A DNA stretch of 60,490 nucleotides, filler included. It is 6 parts of 6 records of this genome, joined end to end, with 100 filler letters (N's around TTAATTAATTAA, not from the genome) between each part and the next. Parts side by side here need not be neighbours in the genome. Positions count along the whole stretch, not along the records: positions 1 to 7,299 come from SRR31147125_6268; positions 7,400 to 16,299 come from SRR31147125_6277; 4 more parts are not named here. One strand, given 5' to 3'. A program made the translations under genes and the position numbers. Under the pieces are notes generated by a model. The model was not told the origin of the DNA, made no database searches, and saw only the letters and a program-made list of their open reading frames with translations. Shown here piece after piece: positions 1 to 9,813 of this stretch (positions are counted from its first letter, which is position 1; the number at the start of each line of letters is the position of its first letter).

Positions 1-918
1 CCCTGGTCGCATAAGGATAGACTTGAAGTCATCAGACAAACAGGCTGTCTTGGAATGAACACTTTTATTTACGGGCCAAAAGACGACAAGAAACATCGCA
101 CCGATTGGAAAACTCCATATTCAGATGAAGAAATGGCTCAGTTTGCAGAACTTCTCGAAACCGGCAAGGATGTCGGTGTCAAAGTCTGGTACGCAATTTC
201 ACCAGGTAGCAGCATTTTTGAAGACAGCAACAACATTGAGATATTAAAAACCAAACTCGAACAGTTTACCAATATCGGATACACGGCTTTCGTCCTTTTC
301 ATGGATGATATAGATAAGCTTTCCGGAGAAAAAGTAAACAAAACAAGTGGCGAAAAACATACATCTTTGGCAAACACAATCTATACATGGCTAAAGGATA
401 AAAATAAAGACAGCCAATTCACATTCGTTCCGACTGTTTATTCAGGCAATGCAGATTCACTTGGAGATGATAAAAAAGCTTATCTTGCGGAAATGAAAAA
501 CCTCGATGCAAGTATTTCATTCGCCTGGACTGGCTCTGGAACATTTGATTCGGAAATCACAGCTACAGAAATAAAAGACATAAAAGCAATTACCGGTCAT
601 CCTGTCTGGATCTGGGATAATTATCCGGTAAACGATTTTACCATGGGTACCGGACTTTTTCTCGCACCTATTGAAGGCAGAGACGCAGAATTGCTTAAAG
701 AAATAGACGGTCTATTATCGAACCCGATGATTGAGGCCAAGTCATCACTAATAGCATTAAGCAGCTATGCCCAATTGCTAAGAGATCCGGAAAACTATTC
801 TGCCGACAATTTCGATATCACAGAAATTCAAACAGCACTTGATCCTGATGGAGATATCAAATACTGGAAATTGCTGCAATCGAACTTTTATGACCAATAC
901 AAACCTGTTCCCGGATAG
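1..918 (+). CDS. GH84 beta-N-acetylglucosaminidase (O-GlcNAcase/hyaluronidase-like) catalytic domain; 5'-partial; probably continues into 839..3748 across a frameshift
   Basis: Frame is open from base 1 (PWSHKDRL...). GH84 motifs NTFIYGPKDD.KHR, AISPG, catalytic FMDDI, WTG, IWDNYPVND and NPM are present. Confidence 0.85.
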   Translation, partial: PWSHKDRLEVIRQTGCLGMNTFIYGPKDDKKHRTDWKTPYSDEEMAQFAELLETGKDVGVKVWYAISPGSSIFEDSNNIEILKTKLEQFTNIGYTAFVLFMDDIDKLSGEKVNKTSGEKHTSLANTIYTWLKDKNKDSQFTFVPTVYSGNADSLGDDKKAYLAEMKNLDASISFAWTGSGTFDSEITATEIKDIKAITGHPVWIWDNYPVNDFTMGTGLFLAPIEGRDAELLKEIDGLLSNPMIEAKSSLIALSSYAQLLRDPENYSADNFDITEIQTALDPDGDIKYWKLLQSNFYDQYKPVPG

Positions 919-3748
919 ACAAGCAACTCCCGAACTTGACAAAAAAGTTGATGACCTGATAACGGCTTTAAAATTCCGCTCACAAGAAGAAATAGCCTCA
1001 GCATACGAGAACCTTTTACCCGATTTACTTGACCTGATAAAACTTCACGAATATTTCGAGAGATTTTCAGCCGCCAGAGCTTTGTCCGATGAAGTATCCT
1101 ATCGCCTTAAAAAACTGGCCGCTCAGGCAAAAGGAGCAATACTCGCTACCAACTTACTACAAGCGGATCTTTTCGGAAATCGCAGCATGTTCAGGAATCA
1201 GGAAAAGGAGCTGGAAAGCCTGATCGAATGGCCGATTTCTCTTGCATACCCGAAATCTGATTCAGTGCTTGGTAAAACTATTGATATGGCAATCGGTGAA
1301 AATGCAGAAACACTCGAAGCGAGACTTTATGGCGAAGCACCATATAATCCAATTCGTTCCGAATCAGCCGAACTGCTCAGAATCGGTCAGGACTGGTATT
1401 ACGATGCAGGATTCATGATTGATGTTGCAACGAACGAATGGACAGTATCGGGAGATGAACGCTTTGAGACAAGTATTGATAAAACAGGATTGCTCAAAAT
1501 TTCTACTACAAATTTAAAAAGCAATATACCAACAGGTCGCTACTTTTTTGAGGTCAACCTAAAACAGAACAACGCATTGCAAACTAAAATAATCCAGATC
1601 GATGTTTTACCCAAATTATCCAACAATGAAATAAAACCTCTTAAAGCCGATACAGAATTTAAAATGATCGACAAAGTTCCCGTAGTTTTGAAAAACGGTC
1701 TAGTAGTTCCGGATTTGGCATTTACCAAACAAAGAACAATTGATCTGAAAGACGATACAGAGTGGAAAAAGAAACGAATGACACTTGATCACAGCCTTAC
1801 TTTTTCCGAGAGAAACGAACAGAATATTGCCTTGCTGGAACTCGAATCAGGTGGAGCTATTTTGCCTGAATTTGATGACAGCAATTGGGAAACAATCAAT
1901 TTGCCGATGGCAGAAAACGAATTGCCGACAATCGGACATGAATCCGGCCCCGAAATCTTTTATTCAGGAGTCTGGTACAGAGCATTGGTTTCACTGCCAA
2001 GTACAGGCAAATTGCCGAGACTTGTGTTGACCTCAGCTTCCCATGTTGTCGATGTGTGGGTGGATGGCTTGTATATAGGCAACCACCAGGGAGCGGATCA
2101 GGTCGCATACATTCCCTTGCCGGAGCAATTCGCAAACAAGGAAAAGGCAACATTGACTTTGCGTGTGGACAATCCCCCACCGAAAACACTGGCATTCGGA
2201 AACGAAAAAGCAAGTTCAGACAATCATTTCAGATACGCAGGATTATTGCAGGAATTCTATTGGGAGTCGATACCACCCAATAAAACAGCGGCCATGACCA
2301 GAGCAAGCACATTCCCAACCAACTATCTTGGTGGTTTTAAAGTCGAAGTTGTAGTCAATTCGTTCTCGAATTCTGACATACAAGCAAAAATTGAACTAAA
2401 AGCCTACATTATAGATAATTCCAGCGAGTCATATAAAATTGGTGATGATATAAGCGGCTCTATACTTGAAGATAATGGGGAAAAGGTTACATCCCAGCTT
2501 GGTGGCGAACGACTAAAGGATCTTACAATTCCAGCAAACGGAATAGCCGCCACTTCAATGGACCCGCTGATTATCGAATCATTCGACTGGACCCCCAAAG
2601 CTCCAAGAATTTACGGGATCGAAATCAGCATAAAGGATCAATCGAACAACCTGCTTGACAGAAGATACACACAACTTGGATTCAGGACCGTAGACGTAAC
2701 AGATACACAAAAATTCGTCTTCAATAATATTCCAAAGTTTCTAACCGGAGTATCACGACTTGAATCATCACCACTGACCGGCAGAAATTTGAATTACGCA
2801 CAAATCAGAGACGACCTTAAACAGGCAAAATCATTGGGTGTAACAATACTGCATACAGGCAATTACTCTAATAAAGCTTTATCATACGTACTTGCCGATC
2901 GCCTTGGACTAATCGTAATGGCCGAAACTCCCCTCGATTACTATGGAGCAAACGCTAAAGAACTCGCCATGCAGGCATTCAGAACAATGATGGTTTCTCG
3001 ACGCTCACACACAAGCATTGGATTCTGGTCTTTTACTCTTGATTCGGCAAATAGAGAAAAAGCAGAAATCTTAAAGGAAATCGCAAAAGAATATAAAGAA
3101 AACTTCGCCGATAATCGCTTACTGGTATTTAAAGCGAACGAGGAAATTCACAGTAATTACAATGATGCTTTAATAAGTGCCGATATGATTGGCCTTGATA
3201 TGAAACCAGCGGATAAAGACGAAGATGTTTCTGAGCAAACCAAATCATCACTCGAAAAACTTCACACACTTTACCCTGAAAAAGCACTGTTAATAACATC
3301 TTTTGGTGCAGAATCAGGACTTAATGACATGGGTACAACCGATCAGGGAGTTGTATTTAATGACACAATGGAAGGAATGGAGCCATACGCGCTCGTTGAT
3401 AAAACACTGCAAATCAATAATGAAAGCGGATACTTGTCTGGTGTTTGCTGGAATTCATTCTTCGATACTTACAGCCAGGATGGAGAAATTACCACCAACG
3501 GTGTGTATCACATCTCGCATTATTCACGAAAACCAGTTGCCGACAGAATGGAAAAGAGTTACCGAAAATACTCGGAAGGTATTGTAAAAACCACCAACTC
3601 AGGTTATGTCCCGAACGTGGATGACAGCGGTTATGACGGATGTAACAAAGCCCCGAAACATTCACATTTCGAGGCTTTGATAATTGGCTTATTGTTCTTG
3701 CTATATTTTACAAGAAGAAAATTTTCTTTTAGAAATAAACGGTCATAG
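839..3748 (+). CDS. GH2-like (beta-galactosidase/glucuronidase fold) protein with degenerate catalytic residues and a C-terminal membrane sorting tail; likely C-terminal part of a GH84-GH2 fusion
   Basis: GH2 motifs GVWYR, DVWVDG..IG.H.G, YAGL, WTP..P..Y, GFRTV, FLTGVSR and ADRLGLIVMAE. C-terminus is GC-x-hydrophobic helix-RRK. Confidence 0.75.
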   Translation: MILMEISNTGNCCNRTFMTNTNLFPDRQATPELDKKVDDLITALKFRSQEEIASAYENLLPDLLDLIKLHEYFERFSAARALSDEVSYRLKKLAAQAKGAILATNLLQADLFGNRSMFRNQEKELESLIEWPISLAYPKSDSVLGKTIDMAIGENAETLEARLYGEAPYNPIRSESAELLRIGQDWYYDAGFMIDVATNEWTVSGDERFETSIDKTGLLKISTTNLKSNIPTGRYFFEVNLKQNNALQTKIIQIDVLPKLSNNEIKPLKADTEFKMIDKVPVVLKNGLVVPDLAFTKQRTIDLKDDTEWKKKRMTLDHSLTFSERNEQNIALLELESGGAILPEFDDSNWETINLPMAENELPTIGHESGPEIFYSGVWYRALVSLPSTGKLPRLVLTSASHVVDVWVDGLYIGNHQGADQVAYIPLPEQFANKEKATLTLRVDNPPPKTLAFGNEKASSDNHFRYAGLLQEFYWESIPPNKTAAMTRASTFPTNYLGGFKVEVVVNSFSNSDIQAKIELKAYIIDNSSESYKIGDDISGSILEDNGEKVTSQLGGERLKDLTIPANGIAATSMDPLIIESFDWTPKAPRIYGIEISIKDQSNNLLDRRYTQLGFRTVDVTDTQKFVFNNIPKFLTGVSRLESSPLTGRNLNYAQIRDDLKQAKSLGVTILHTGNYSNKALSYVLADRLGLIVMAETPLDYYGANAKELAMQAFRTMMVSRRSHTSIGFWSFTLDSANREKAEILKEIAKEYKENFADNRLLVFKANEEIHSNYNDALISADMIGLDMKPADKDEDVSEQTKSSLEKLHTLYPEKALLITSFGAESGLNDMGTTDQGVVFNDTMEGMEPYALVDKTLQINNESGYLSGVCWNSFFDTYSQDGEITTNGVYHISHYSRKPVADRMEKSYRKYSEGIVKTTNSGYVPNVDDSGYDGCNKAPKHSHFEALIIGLLFLLYFTRRKFSFRNKRS

Positions 3749-5133
3749 AACTTTCGATCATATAAATATTTTTGTTTCTTCCGATTCGTTCGGGTGATAC
3801 GAATGATATATACTGAAGCTGCTTCACCCGGCAATAGCACTCCACCGATCAGGTGGAAGGTGATGATATCGGAATACCGGAATTCGAGATCGAGATCAAG
3901 TTCTATACCGACCATTGTCTTTTTCATCGAGTTCTCGTCGTTCATGACTGCTCCGGCACCAAAGATTATCGCAGGAATGAAAAATTCTACAACTTCATAG
4001 GACAGAGTCAAATCTGTAAGTGAATATCCCGGACGAATCGGGTAATGCTTTCCGCGCTGCTCGGCAAGTCTTTCATCAATATTAAATCCTTTGTCCCTAA
4101 TGCTGTCTTCCGACAACATCAAAGTTCTGCTGCGCGATTTTCCTGAATAGTAATATGCCTTGTTACTGCTGTTTCTGTCCTCATCATCATCCGGTGATAG
4201 GAATAGCTGATTAAAGTTGATCATGAAAGAACCGAATTTTAAATCGGCAAATGCCTGCATGGCCCAGGCTATTGTTTCCTCATCCGAATCAACTGCTCCA
4301 TGGTCCATTTTGCCGTACTGGAAAGCTAAATCCAAACCAAATTTAACCCAATCATAATCAGCTTGAACTCTTATCGAAGGATTGAAAAGATTTAGAGTGT
4401 GACCGACAATACGAGAATCATTCATCCCGTATAATCCAACTGCAATATTCCAGTTTTTGGCGGGAATATCGACACGAAGACCGTATACCATTGTATCGTG
4501 ATTAAAGTTATTGTTAAAAAGTGTAACGCCCTTGGATGTTTGATCCGGCAATTGCGCAAAAGTAAGTGTAAACTTTGCCCACTTGGGATCACTGGTAATG
4601 CTCATTGCTCCAATCCAATGACCGAGAAACAGTCCTGTTGGATCTTCAAAATGCTGATAACCAACCTTGAATCCTGTCAAGCCATCCAGAAATTCAGCTT
4701 CTGCATATAATTCTCGATGTGCAAGCTGAAAAGCGGATAAATCTTTTTGATTGTAAACATCAGGATCGTTTTTATCCCACAGATTTAAACCAATTTCCGT
4801 TTCATAAACAATTTTTACATTGCTTATCGGCATTAAAGTCAATTTAGGTCTGAAAAAAGTCCCCAAAATACCAACAGATTGCCCTTCTTCTTTATATTCG
4901 GAATTGGTACTATCAAAATCGTAATCATTCTGATACAAAAAAACTGTCTGAATTTCAGCTTCAAACTGAAGGTGCTTATCCTTGCTGACACTCGCATATT
5001 GTGAAGAAACTGTTTCAACCGCAACTGGAATCACATCGTCTACTTTTGCTGCTTCCTTCTTTGCTTCTTCGGCTATTAATGAAGTCGGAACTAAAAGAAC
5101 CAAGCATAATAAAAGGATAATCTGCTTCTTCAT
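3729..5133 (-). CDS. Outer-membrane beta-barrel protein (alginate-export-like); frameshifted near the 3' end
   Basis: ATG at 5133 follows RBS AGGAGGTG (5141-5148) and begins signal peptide MKKQIILLLCLVLLVPTSLIA. Amphipathic beta-strands throughout. An alternative frame ends ...NIYMIESSMTVYF* at 3729 with a terminal Phe. Confidence 0.6.
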
Positions 5134-5325
5134 TGTTTTCCACCTCCTACAAACAACTATCAAAAACATTATGTATTTAAAGAATTTTCAATTCACCTTG
5201 ACTATAACCGCTGTTTGGTAAGATTACTAACTTTTATAATTGAGAAATAAGATTTTTTGTATGAATGTATGTAATCTTGTTAAGGATAATATAGCTCTTT
5301 GTCAATGTTTTTGCAATTTCTAAAC

Positions 5326-5363
5326 AAAAAAAGGACGAAGGTTTGTTTTCCTTCGTCCTTTTT
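5326..5363 (-). terminator. Intrinsic terminator of the alpha ribosomal operon
   Basis: AAAAAGGACGAAGG...CCTTCGTCCTTTTT hairpin with A/T runs, just downstream of rplQ. Confidence 0.8.
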
Positions 5364-5386
5364 ATCATTTTTCTAGCTATTTTTAC

Positions 5387-5779
5387 TTATTCAGCACTTT
5401 CTTCCTGTGCTTCAACTGCATTCTCATCGGCAAGAAATTCGATGATTGATACAGCTGCGTTATCACCAGGTCTGAAACCTTCTCTGTAAATCCTTGTATA
5501 TCCACCCGGTCGTTTTTCAAAACGAGGACCTAAATCGGAAAACAGTTTCTGAACAGCTTCTTTTTCAAATACTTTTTTGGCTGCAATGCGTCTTGAGTTC
5601 AAATCGCCTTTTTTGGCCAAAGTGACCAATTTTTCAACATATGAACGCAATTCTTTGGCTTTAGCCTCTGTTGTTCTAATTCGTTCGTGCATGATGAGTG
5701 ATGTTGCCAAGTTTCTCATCATTGCTTTTCTATGTTCCGCGCTATGTCCCAAGTTGCGCCCTGACTTACGATGTCGCAT
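5387..5779 (-). CDS. rplQ: 50S ribosomal protein L17
   Basis: [11 protein letters not shown]..., [21 protein letters not shown]; downstream of rpoA. Confidence 0.98.
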   Translation of the reverse strand: MRHRKSGRNLGHSAEHRKAMMRNLATSLIMHERIRTTEAKAKELRSYVEKLVTLAKKGDLNSRRIAAKKVFEKEAVQKLFSDLGPRFEKRPGGYTRIYREGFRPGDNAAVSIIEFLADENAVEAQEESAE

Positions 5780-5817
5780 TTTAGGCGTCCTTTCTTAATT
5801 TATCCTGTGACGAGAAT

Positions 5818-6807
5818 CTACTGTTTATCCTTGGGAGGAACAAAACCTTCCAGCTTCATCCCAAGAGCCAAACCCATTTCCGCCAAAATTTCTTTTATTT
5901 CATTCAATGACTTACGACCAAAGTTTTTGGTTTTAAGCATTTCCGCTTCGCTTTTAAGTACCAATTCATAAATGAATCGGATATTTGCATTTTGTAAACA
6001 GTTTGCAGAACGTACTGAAAGCTCAAGTTCATCAACAGAACGAAGAAGGTTCTTGTTGAATTCTTCTTCTGGCTCTTCCTCTTCCGGAATCTCTTCATCA
6101 ATGCTTTCATCAAACGCGATAAAGATATTGAGCTGTTCTTTCAGTATTTTAGCTGCAAGACCAAGTGCATCATCAGGTCTGACTGAACCATTTGTAGTAA
6201 TATCCATAGTCAGTTTATCAAAATCGATTGTCTGACCAACACGAGATGGAGTAACTACGTAGTTTACGTCTTTAACTGGTGAATAGCTTGCATCTATAGG
6301 AATGGTATTTACCGGTAAATCCTGATCGCTAATAATACCTGCGGCGACATAACCGCGTCCCATACGGATGGTCAATTCTATATTGATATTTCCACCCTCA
6401 CCCAAAGTGAGTATATGGAGATCAGGATTCAGAACTGTAACCTGATTATGTACAATATCACCCGCTGTAAACGCACCAGGTCCCTGCTTATCAACTGTAA
6501 CGATGACTTCTTCGACTTCATCTTCCAGCTTTACTTCAACCTGTTTCAGGTTAAGGACGATCTGTGTCACATCTTCAACGACATCAGGCAAAGTGGCAAA
6601 CTCATGTAAAACACCTTCTGTCTTGATGGCACAAATGGCTGCACCACGCAAAGATGAAAGAAGGATTCTTCTCAGAGAATTACCGATTGTAGTTCCGTAG
6701 CCTCGCATTAGCGGTTCGCAATAGAACTTTCCGAATCGATCAGTTAGCTTGTCCCTATCAAAATCCAAATACTTGGGTTTAATGAGGTCATGCCAGTGTT
6801 TGTACAT
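5818..6807 (-). CDS. rpoA: DNA-directed RNA polymerase subunit alpha
   Basis: [28 protein letters not shown], alpha-[14 protein letters not shown]...[11 protein letters not shown]. Confidence 0.99.
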   Translation of the reverse strand: MYKHWHDLIKPKYLDFDRDKLTDRFGKFYCEPLMRGYGTTIGNSLRRILLSSLRGAAICAIKTEGVLHEFATLPDVVEDVTQIVLNLKQVEVKLEDEVEEVIVTVDKQGPGAFTAGDIVHNQVTVLNPDLHILTLGEGGNINIELTIRMGRGYVAAGIISDQDLPVNTIPIDASYSPVKDVNYVVTPSRVGQTIDFDKLTMDITTNGSVRPDDALGLAAKILKEQLNIFIAFDESIDEEIPEEEEPEEEFNKNLLRSVDELELSVRSANCLQNANIRFIYELVLKSEAEMLKTKNFGRKSLNEIKEILAEMGLALGMKLEGFVPPKDKQ

Positions 6808-6846
6808 GCTTCCTCCTTATTGGCACAGAGTCCAGGGTTTGTATAA

Positions 6847-7239
6847 TTAAACTCTTCTGCGCTTCGGGGAACGGCAACCATTATGAGGCACCGGTGTAAT
6901 ATCCCTGATAAGAGTCACTTTCAATCCTGCGGAGGAAAGAGCTCTCAAAGCGGATTCTCGTCCAGAACCAGGACCTTTGGCATACACGGAAACATTCTGT
7001 ACTCCATGTTCCATAGCTTTTTTGGCTGCATCTTCAGAAGCTATCTGTGCTGCAAAAGGTGTACTCTTACGAGATCCTTTGAAGCCCATAGCTCCAGCAG
7101 AAGACCAAGAAATCACGTTACCGGATACGTCAGTAATAGTTACCAAAGTATTGTTAAAAGTGCTAGTAACGTAAGCAATCCCTGTCTGGATATTCTTTTT
7201 TACTTTTTTTACACGAGCTTTACGTGCTGTCCTACCCAT
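6847..7239 (-). CDS. rpsK: 30S ribosomal protein S11
   Basis: [41 protein letters not shown]. Confidence 0.99.
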   Translation of the reverse strand: MGRTARKARVKKVKKNIQTGIAYVTSTFNNTLVTITDVSGNVISWSSAGAMGFKGSRKSTPFAAQIASEDAAKKAMEHGVQNVSVYAKGPGSGRESALRALSSAGLKVTLIRDITPVPHNGCRSPKRRRV

Positions 7240-7270
7240 AATTCCTCCAATATAGAACTAAACTTGGCAA

Positions 7271-7299
7271 TTATTTCTTACGGCCAAGGATTCTTCTCG
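7271..7299 (-). CDS. rpsM: 30S ribosomal protein S13, extreme 3' end only (contig edge)
   Basis: Minus strand reads RRILGRKK* immediately upstream of rpsK, matching the basic S13 tail and the usual gene order. Confidence 0.7.
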
Positions 7300-7399
7300 N
7301 NNNNNNNNNNNNNNNNNNNNNNNNNNNNNNNNNNNNNNNNNNNTTAATTAATTAANNNNNNNNNNNNNNNNNNNNNNNNNNNNNNNNNNNNNNNNNNNN
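7300..7399. other. Artificial contig linker
   Basis: 44 N + TTAATTAATTAA (stops in all six frames) + 44 N. Confidence 0.99.
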
Positions 7400-7687
7400 T
7401 TTATAAAAAGCTTCCAGACGATCCATATACAAAGTTGGCTCGCCACCGATAATGATAGCGAGATTTACTCCACGTTCTTTTTCTTTATCGATAAAAGTTT
7501 CCCATTTTGTAACGTCTTTTTCTTCATCCGCTGCTTTATGCTGGTCTGATGAGAAAAAGAAGCAACCTTTGCAACGCAGGTTGCATTTGTTTGTAAGGTC
7601 ATAGATGGAACTTCTGATGTTTAGATGGGAAATCTTTTTATATCGGTCATGCCATTCTTTGTCCAGTAAAGAACTGACTGTGTTCAT
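7400..7687 (-). CDS. Radical SAM protein, 3'-truncated by contig edge; paralogue of 7710..8795
   Basis: YDLTNKCNLRCKGCFFF (CxxxCxxC) and GGEP motif. Confidence 0.9.
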
Positions 7688-7709
7688 GTCTGTATCCTTC
7701 GTATTATTC

Positions 7710-8795
7710 TTAATAAAGTTCGTTTTCAGGAGGAGCTACTGGCTGAGCTTCCAGATTCGTTCCTTTTTCGTATCCTTTGACCCATACTGCCAGATAAGTG
7801 TCAACGTAATCGAGCCATGCTCTGAATGTTGTCGGATCAATTGCGTGTCGGAATAACCTTGCGGTAACAACAGCAGATCCGGCGGCGTAATGTCTGCAAT
7901 CCGGGCAATCAGTATCCGGCACACAACAAGCTGCCGATCTGTCCCAGTTTAAATCAGTTCGGTATTGTCTGAAGGATCGTCCGAGTCCGATATCGGTTGA
8001 CTCGTTCATTCTTGGGTATGAGCATGAATATAGATCATGCAGTCCTTTGGAATGAGTGTGCGCTACAGCGTTGTAGGCCGAGAAAAGTACTTTGTCCGGA
8101 TAGCGGTTAACCAGATCAACCATCGTTTCTCTGGTTTTTTTGAGCGATTCTATATCGTGTCTAAGTTCTCCGTCGTATCCTACAGGAGATGAAAACATGT
8201 TGAAAGTCGATTTGAAACCGTTTTCGGAAAGAGTCTCGATTACTTCGCTTGCTTCATCTATGTTTTGTTTTGTGAATGTGTATACGAAAACGGCTCTGTC
8301 ATCGCCTTTGTAGTTTGCCATTTGCTTATCGAGCAGGTTTTCTGCTCCACGAACTCTCGCGCTTGATTTGTCATTTCCCCAAACGGAAAGATGTAGCCTG
8401 TAGCCGACAGAATCGGCGATACGTCTATAGCCGTTTGTGGCGATACAACCAAGTGGCATTTCCTTGTAGCAGACATCGAGAAGCTCAGGAGAAAGCGCGG
8501 GTTCGGCTCCAGCCAGAACAACGTAGGTGATTCCTCTGGCTTTTTCATCCTGCATTAGTTTTTGCCAGGCTAATGGATCTCTGTTTTCTTCAGTAAACTG
8601 TTTTTCGCCTTCAAAATAGTAACAACCATCGCATTTCAGGTTGCAACGATTGGACATGTCGTAAGTGGTTTCTCGTAAAAAGAAATACTTGCGCACTTTT
8701 TCCCATCTGTCGTTTACTTCCTTGTCAGCGATAAGTTCGGAAAATTTCCATTTTTTTCTGGCATTGACAGGTATGATTTTTGCGGAATTACTCAT
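7710..8795 (-). CDS. Radical SAM protein with a C-terminal Cys cluster (Twitch/SPASM-like)
   Basis: YDMSNRCNLKCDGCYYF, GAEP, IATNG; C-terminal CSYP...CCVPDTDCPDC. Confidence 0.9.
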   Translation of the reverse strand: MSNSAKIIPVNARKKWKFSELIADKEVNDRWEKVRKYFFLRETTYDMSNRCNLKCDGCYYFEGEKQFTEENRDPLAWQKLMQDEKARGITYVVLAGAEPALSPELLDVCYKEMPLGCIATNGYRRIADSVGYRLHLSVWGNDKSSARVRGAENLLDKQMANYKGDDRAVFVYTFTKQNIDEASEVIETLSENGFKSTFNMFSSPVGYDGELRHDIESLKKTRETMVDLVNRYPDKVLFSAYNAVAHTHSKGLHDLYSCSYPRMNESTDIGLGRSFRQYRTDLNWDRSAACCVPDTDCPDCRHYAAGSAVVTARLFRHAIDPTTFRAWLDYVDTYLAVWVKGYEKGTNLEAQPVAPPENELY

Positions 8796-8880
8796 AATAA
8801 CGACCTTACGGATTGTTAGCAGACAAAACCACCCCGCCGCCTTTGCGGAATGACTGTTTTATCGCAGGTTTGATTGAATG

Positions 8881-9153
8881 TTATTTTGTAAGGTCTTTGA
8901 TGTAGTCGGCAATCTTTTTCACGTTGGTGAGTTTGGGATAGTCGTCTTCATCGATTGTAATATCGAATTCATCCTGCAAAACGAGAACTACAGTTGTCAG
9001 GTCCATACTGTCGATTCCAAGTTCATCTACGAGGTCTAGTTCAACATCAAACTTTTCGGCTGTAATATCTTCGAGTTTAAGCTCGTCAATAATGATTTCT
9101 GCTACTTTGAGTTCAATTTGTTCATTACTCAAATCAAGGGCTGCGTTTTCCAT
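8881..9153 (-). CDS. Acyl carrier protein
   Basis: Acidic 90-aa protein with LGIDSMD phosphopantetheine site; RBS AAGGAG upstream. Confidence 0.92.
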   Translation of the reverse strand: MENAALDLSNEQIELKVAEIIIDELKLEDITAEKFDVELDLVDELGIDSMDLTTVVLVLQDEFDITIDEDDYPKLTNVKKIADYIKDLTK

Positions 9154-9279
9154 ATCATCTCCTTGCTTGCGATCAGATACCGATAACCATTCTTTTGATT
9201 ATCCCGACCACTTGAATTTTGTAAAATCAAGTGATGTTGTATCATAAAGTGCAATCTATGGTCAAAAAAAGTATAAAAT

Positions 9280-9525
9280 TTAATCCGTTATATGTTTTTC
9301 AATGTAAGAAACAACGTCTTCAACTAGTCTGAGTTTTTTCAGTTCTTCTTCATTGACTTCTATATCGTAATCGGTTTCCAAAAGACCTATCATGTCCAAC
9401 GCATCGATGCTGTCCAATTCAAGATCTTCAAACAAGTTCGCTTCCAACGAAATCTTTTCTTTTGGAACTTCAAATTGTTCTACAAGGTATTTTGTCACCA
9501 GCAAAAAAGCGGCTTGCTTATCCAT
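9280..9525 (-). CDS. Acyl carrier protein (ApeF-like)
   Basis: LFEDLELDSIDALDM motif; RBS AGGAG upstream. Confidence 0.92.
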   Translation of the reverse strand: MDKQAAFLLVTKYLVEQFEVPKEKISLEANLFEDLELDSIDALDMIGLLETDYDIEVNEEELKKLRLVEDVVSYIEKHITD

Positions 9526-9570
9526 AAATATTTCTCCTACATATATGTATCATGCCTAACCAGATAGAAG

Positions 9571-9715
9571 AAAATATGTGTAGTATCGCCTCAAGTCAAG
9601 CTTTTTCATTTTGATAAAGAGATTCATATTTTTATAGTAAAAATAGGGTTTTGTCTAATTTTATTCGTATATCTAAACAATAAAATCTTGACTATGATTT
9701 AACTCAGGGTATGCT
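9571..9715. promoter_or_regulatory. Back-to-back sigma70-like promoters of the divergent lipid cluster
   Basis: Minus strand TTGACT-17-TATTTT (about 9599-9571); plus strand TTGACT (9688-9693)-16-TATGCT (9710-9715). Confidence 0.4.
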
Positions 9716-9813
9716 TGGTTCCATCCCGGTTTATCATCAAAAGATGTCCGTGTTTTCGATGCGGATTATTGAGGGAATGATAGTGTTTATTTCGTAGATA
9801 CTGGAGTAGAGAA

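Noticed and set aside
3631-3748. 118-nt convergent coding overlap
   Set aside because: Shrinks to 20 nt once the beta-barrel frameshift is corrected.
5577-7347. Several plus-strand ORFs opposite rplQ, rpoA and rpsK
   Set aside because: Antisense shadows of highly conserved genes, with no RBS or motifs; the same applies to most short nested ORFs in the track.
7344-7355. TTAATTAATTAA palindrome repeated five times
   Set aside because: Always centred in 100-nt N spacers; an artificial six-frame stop linker.
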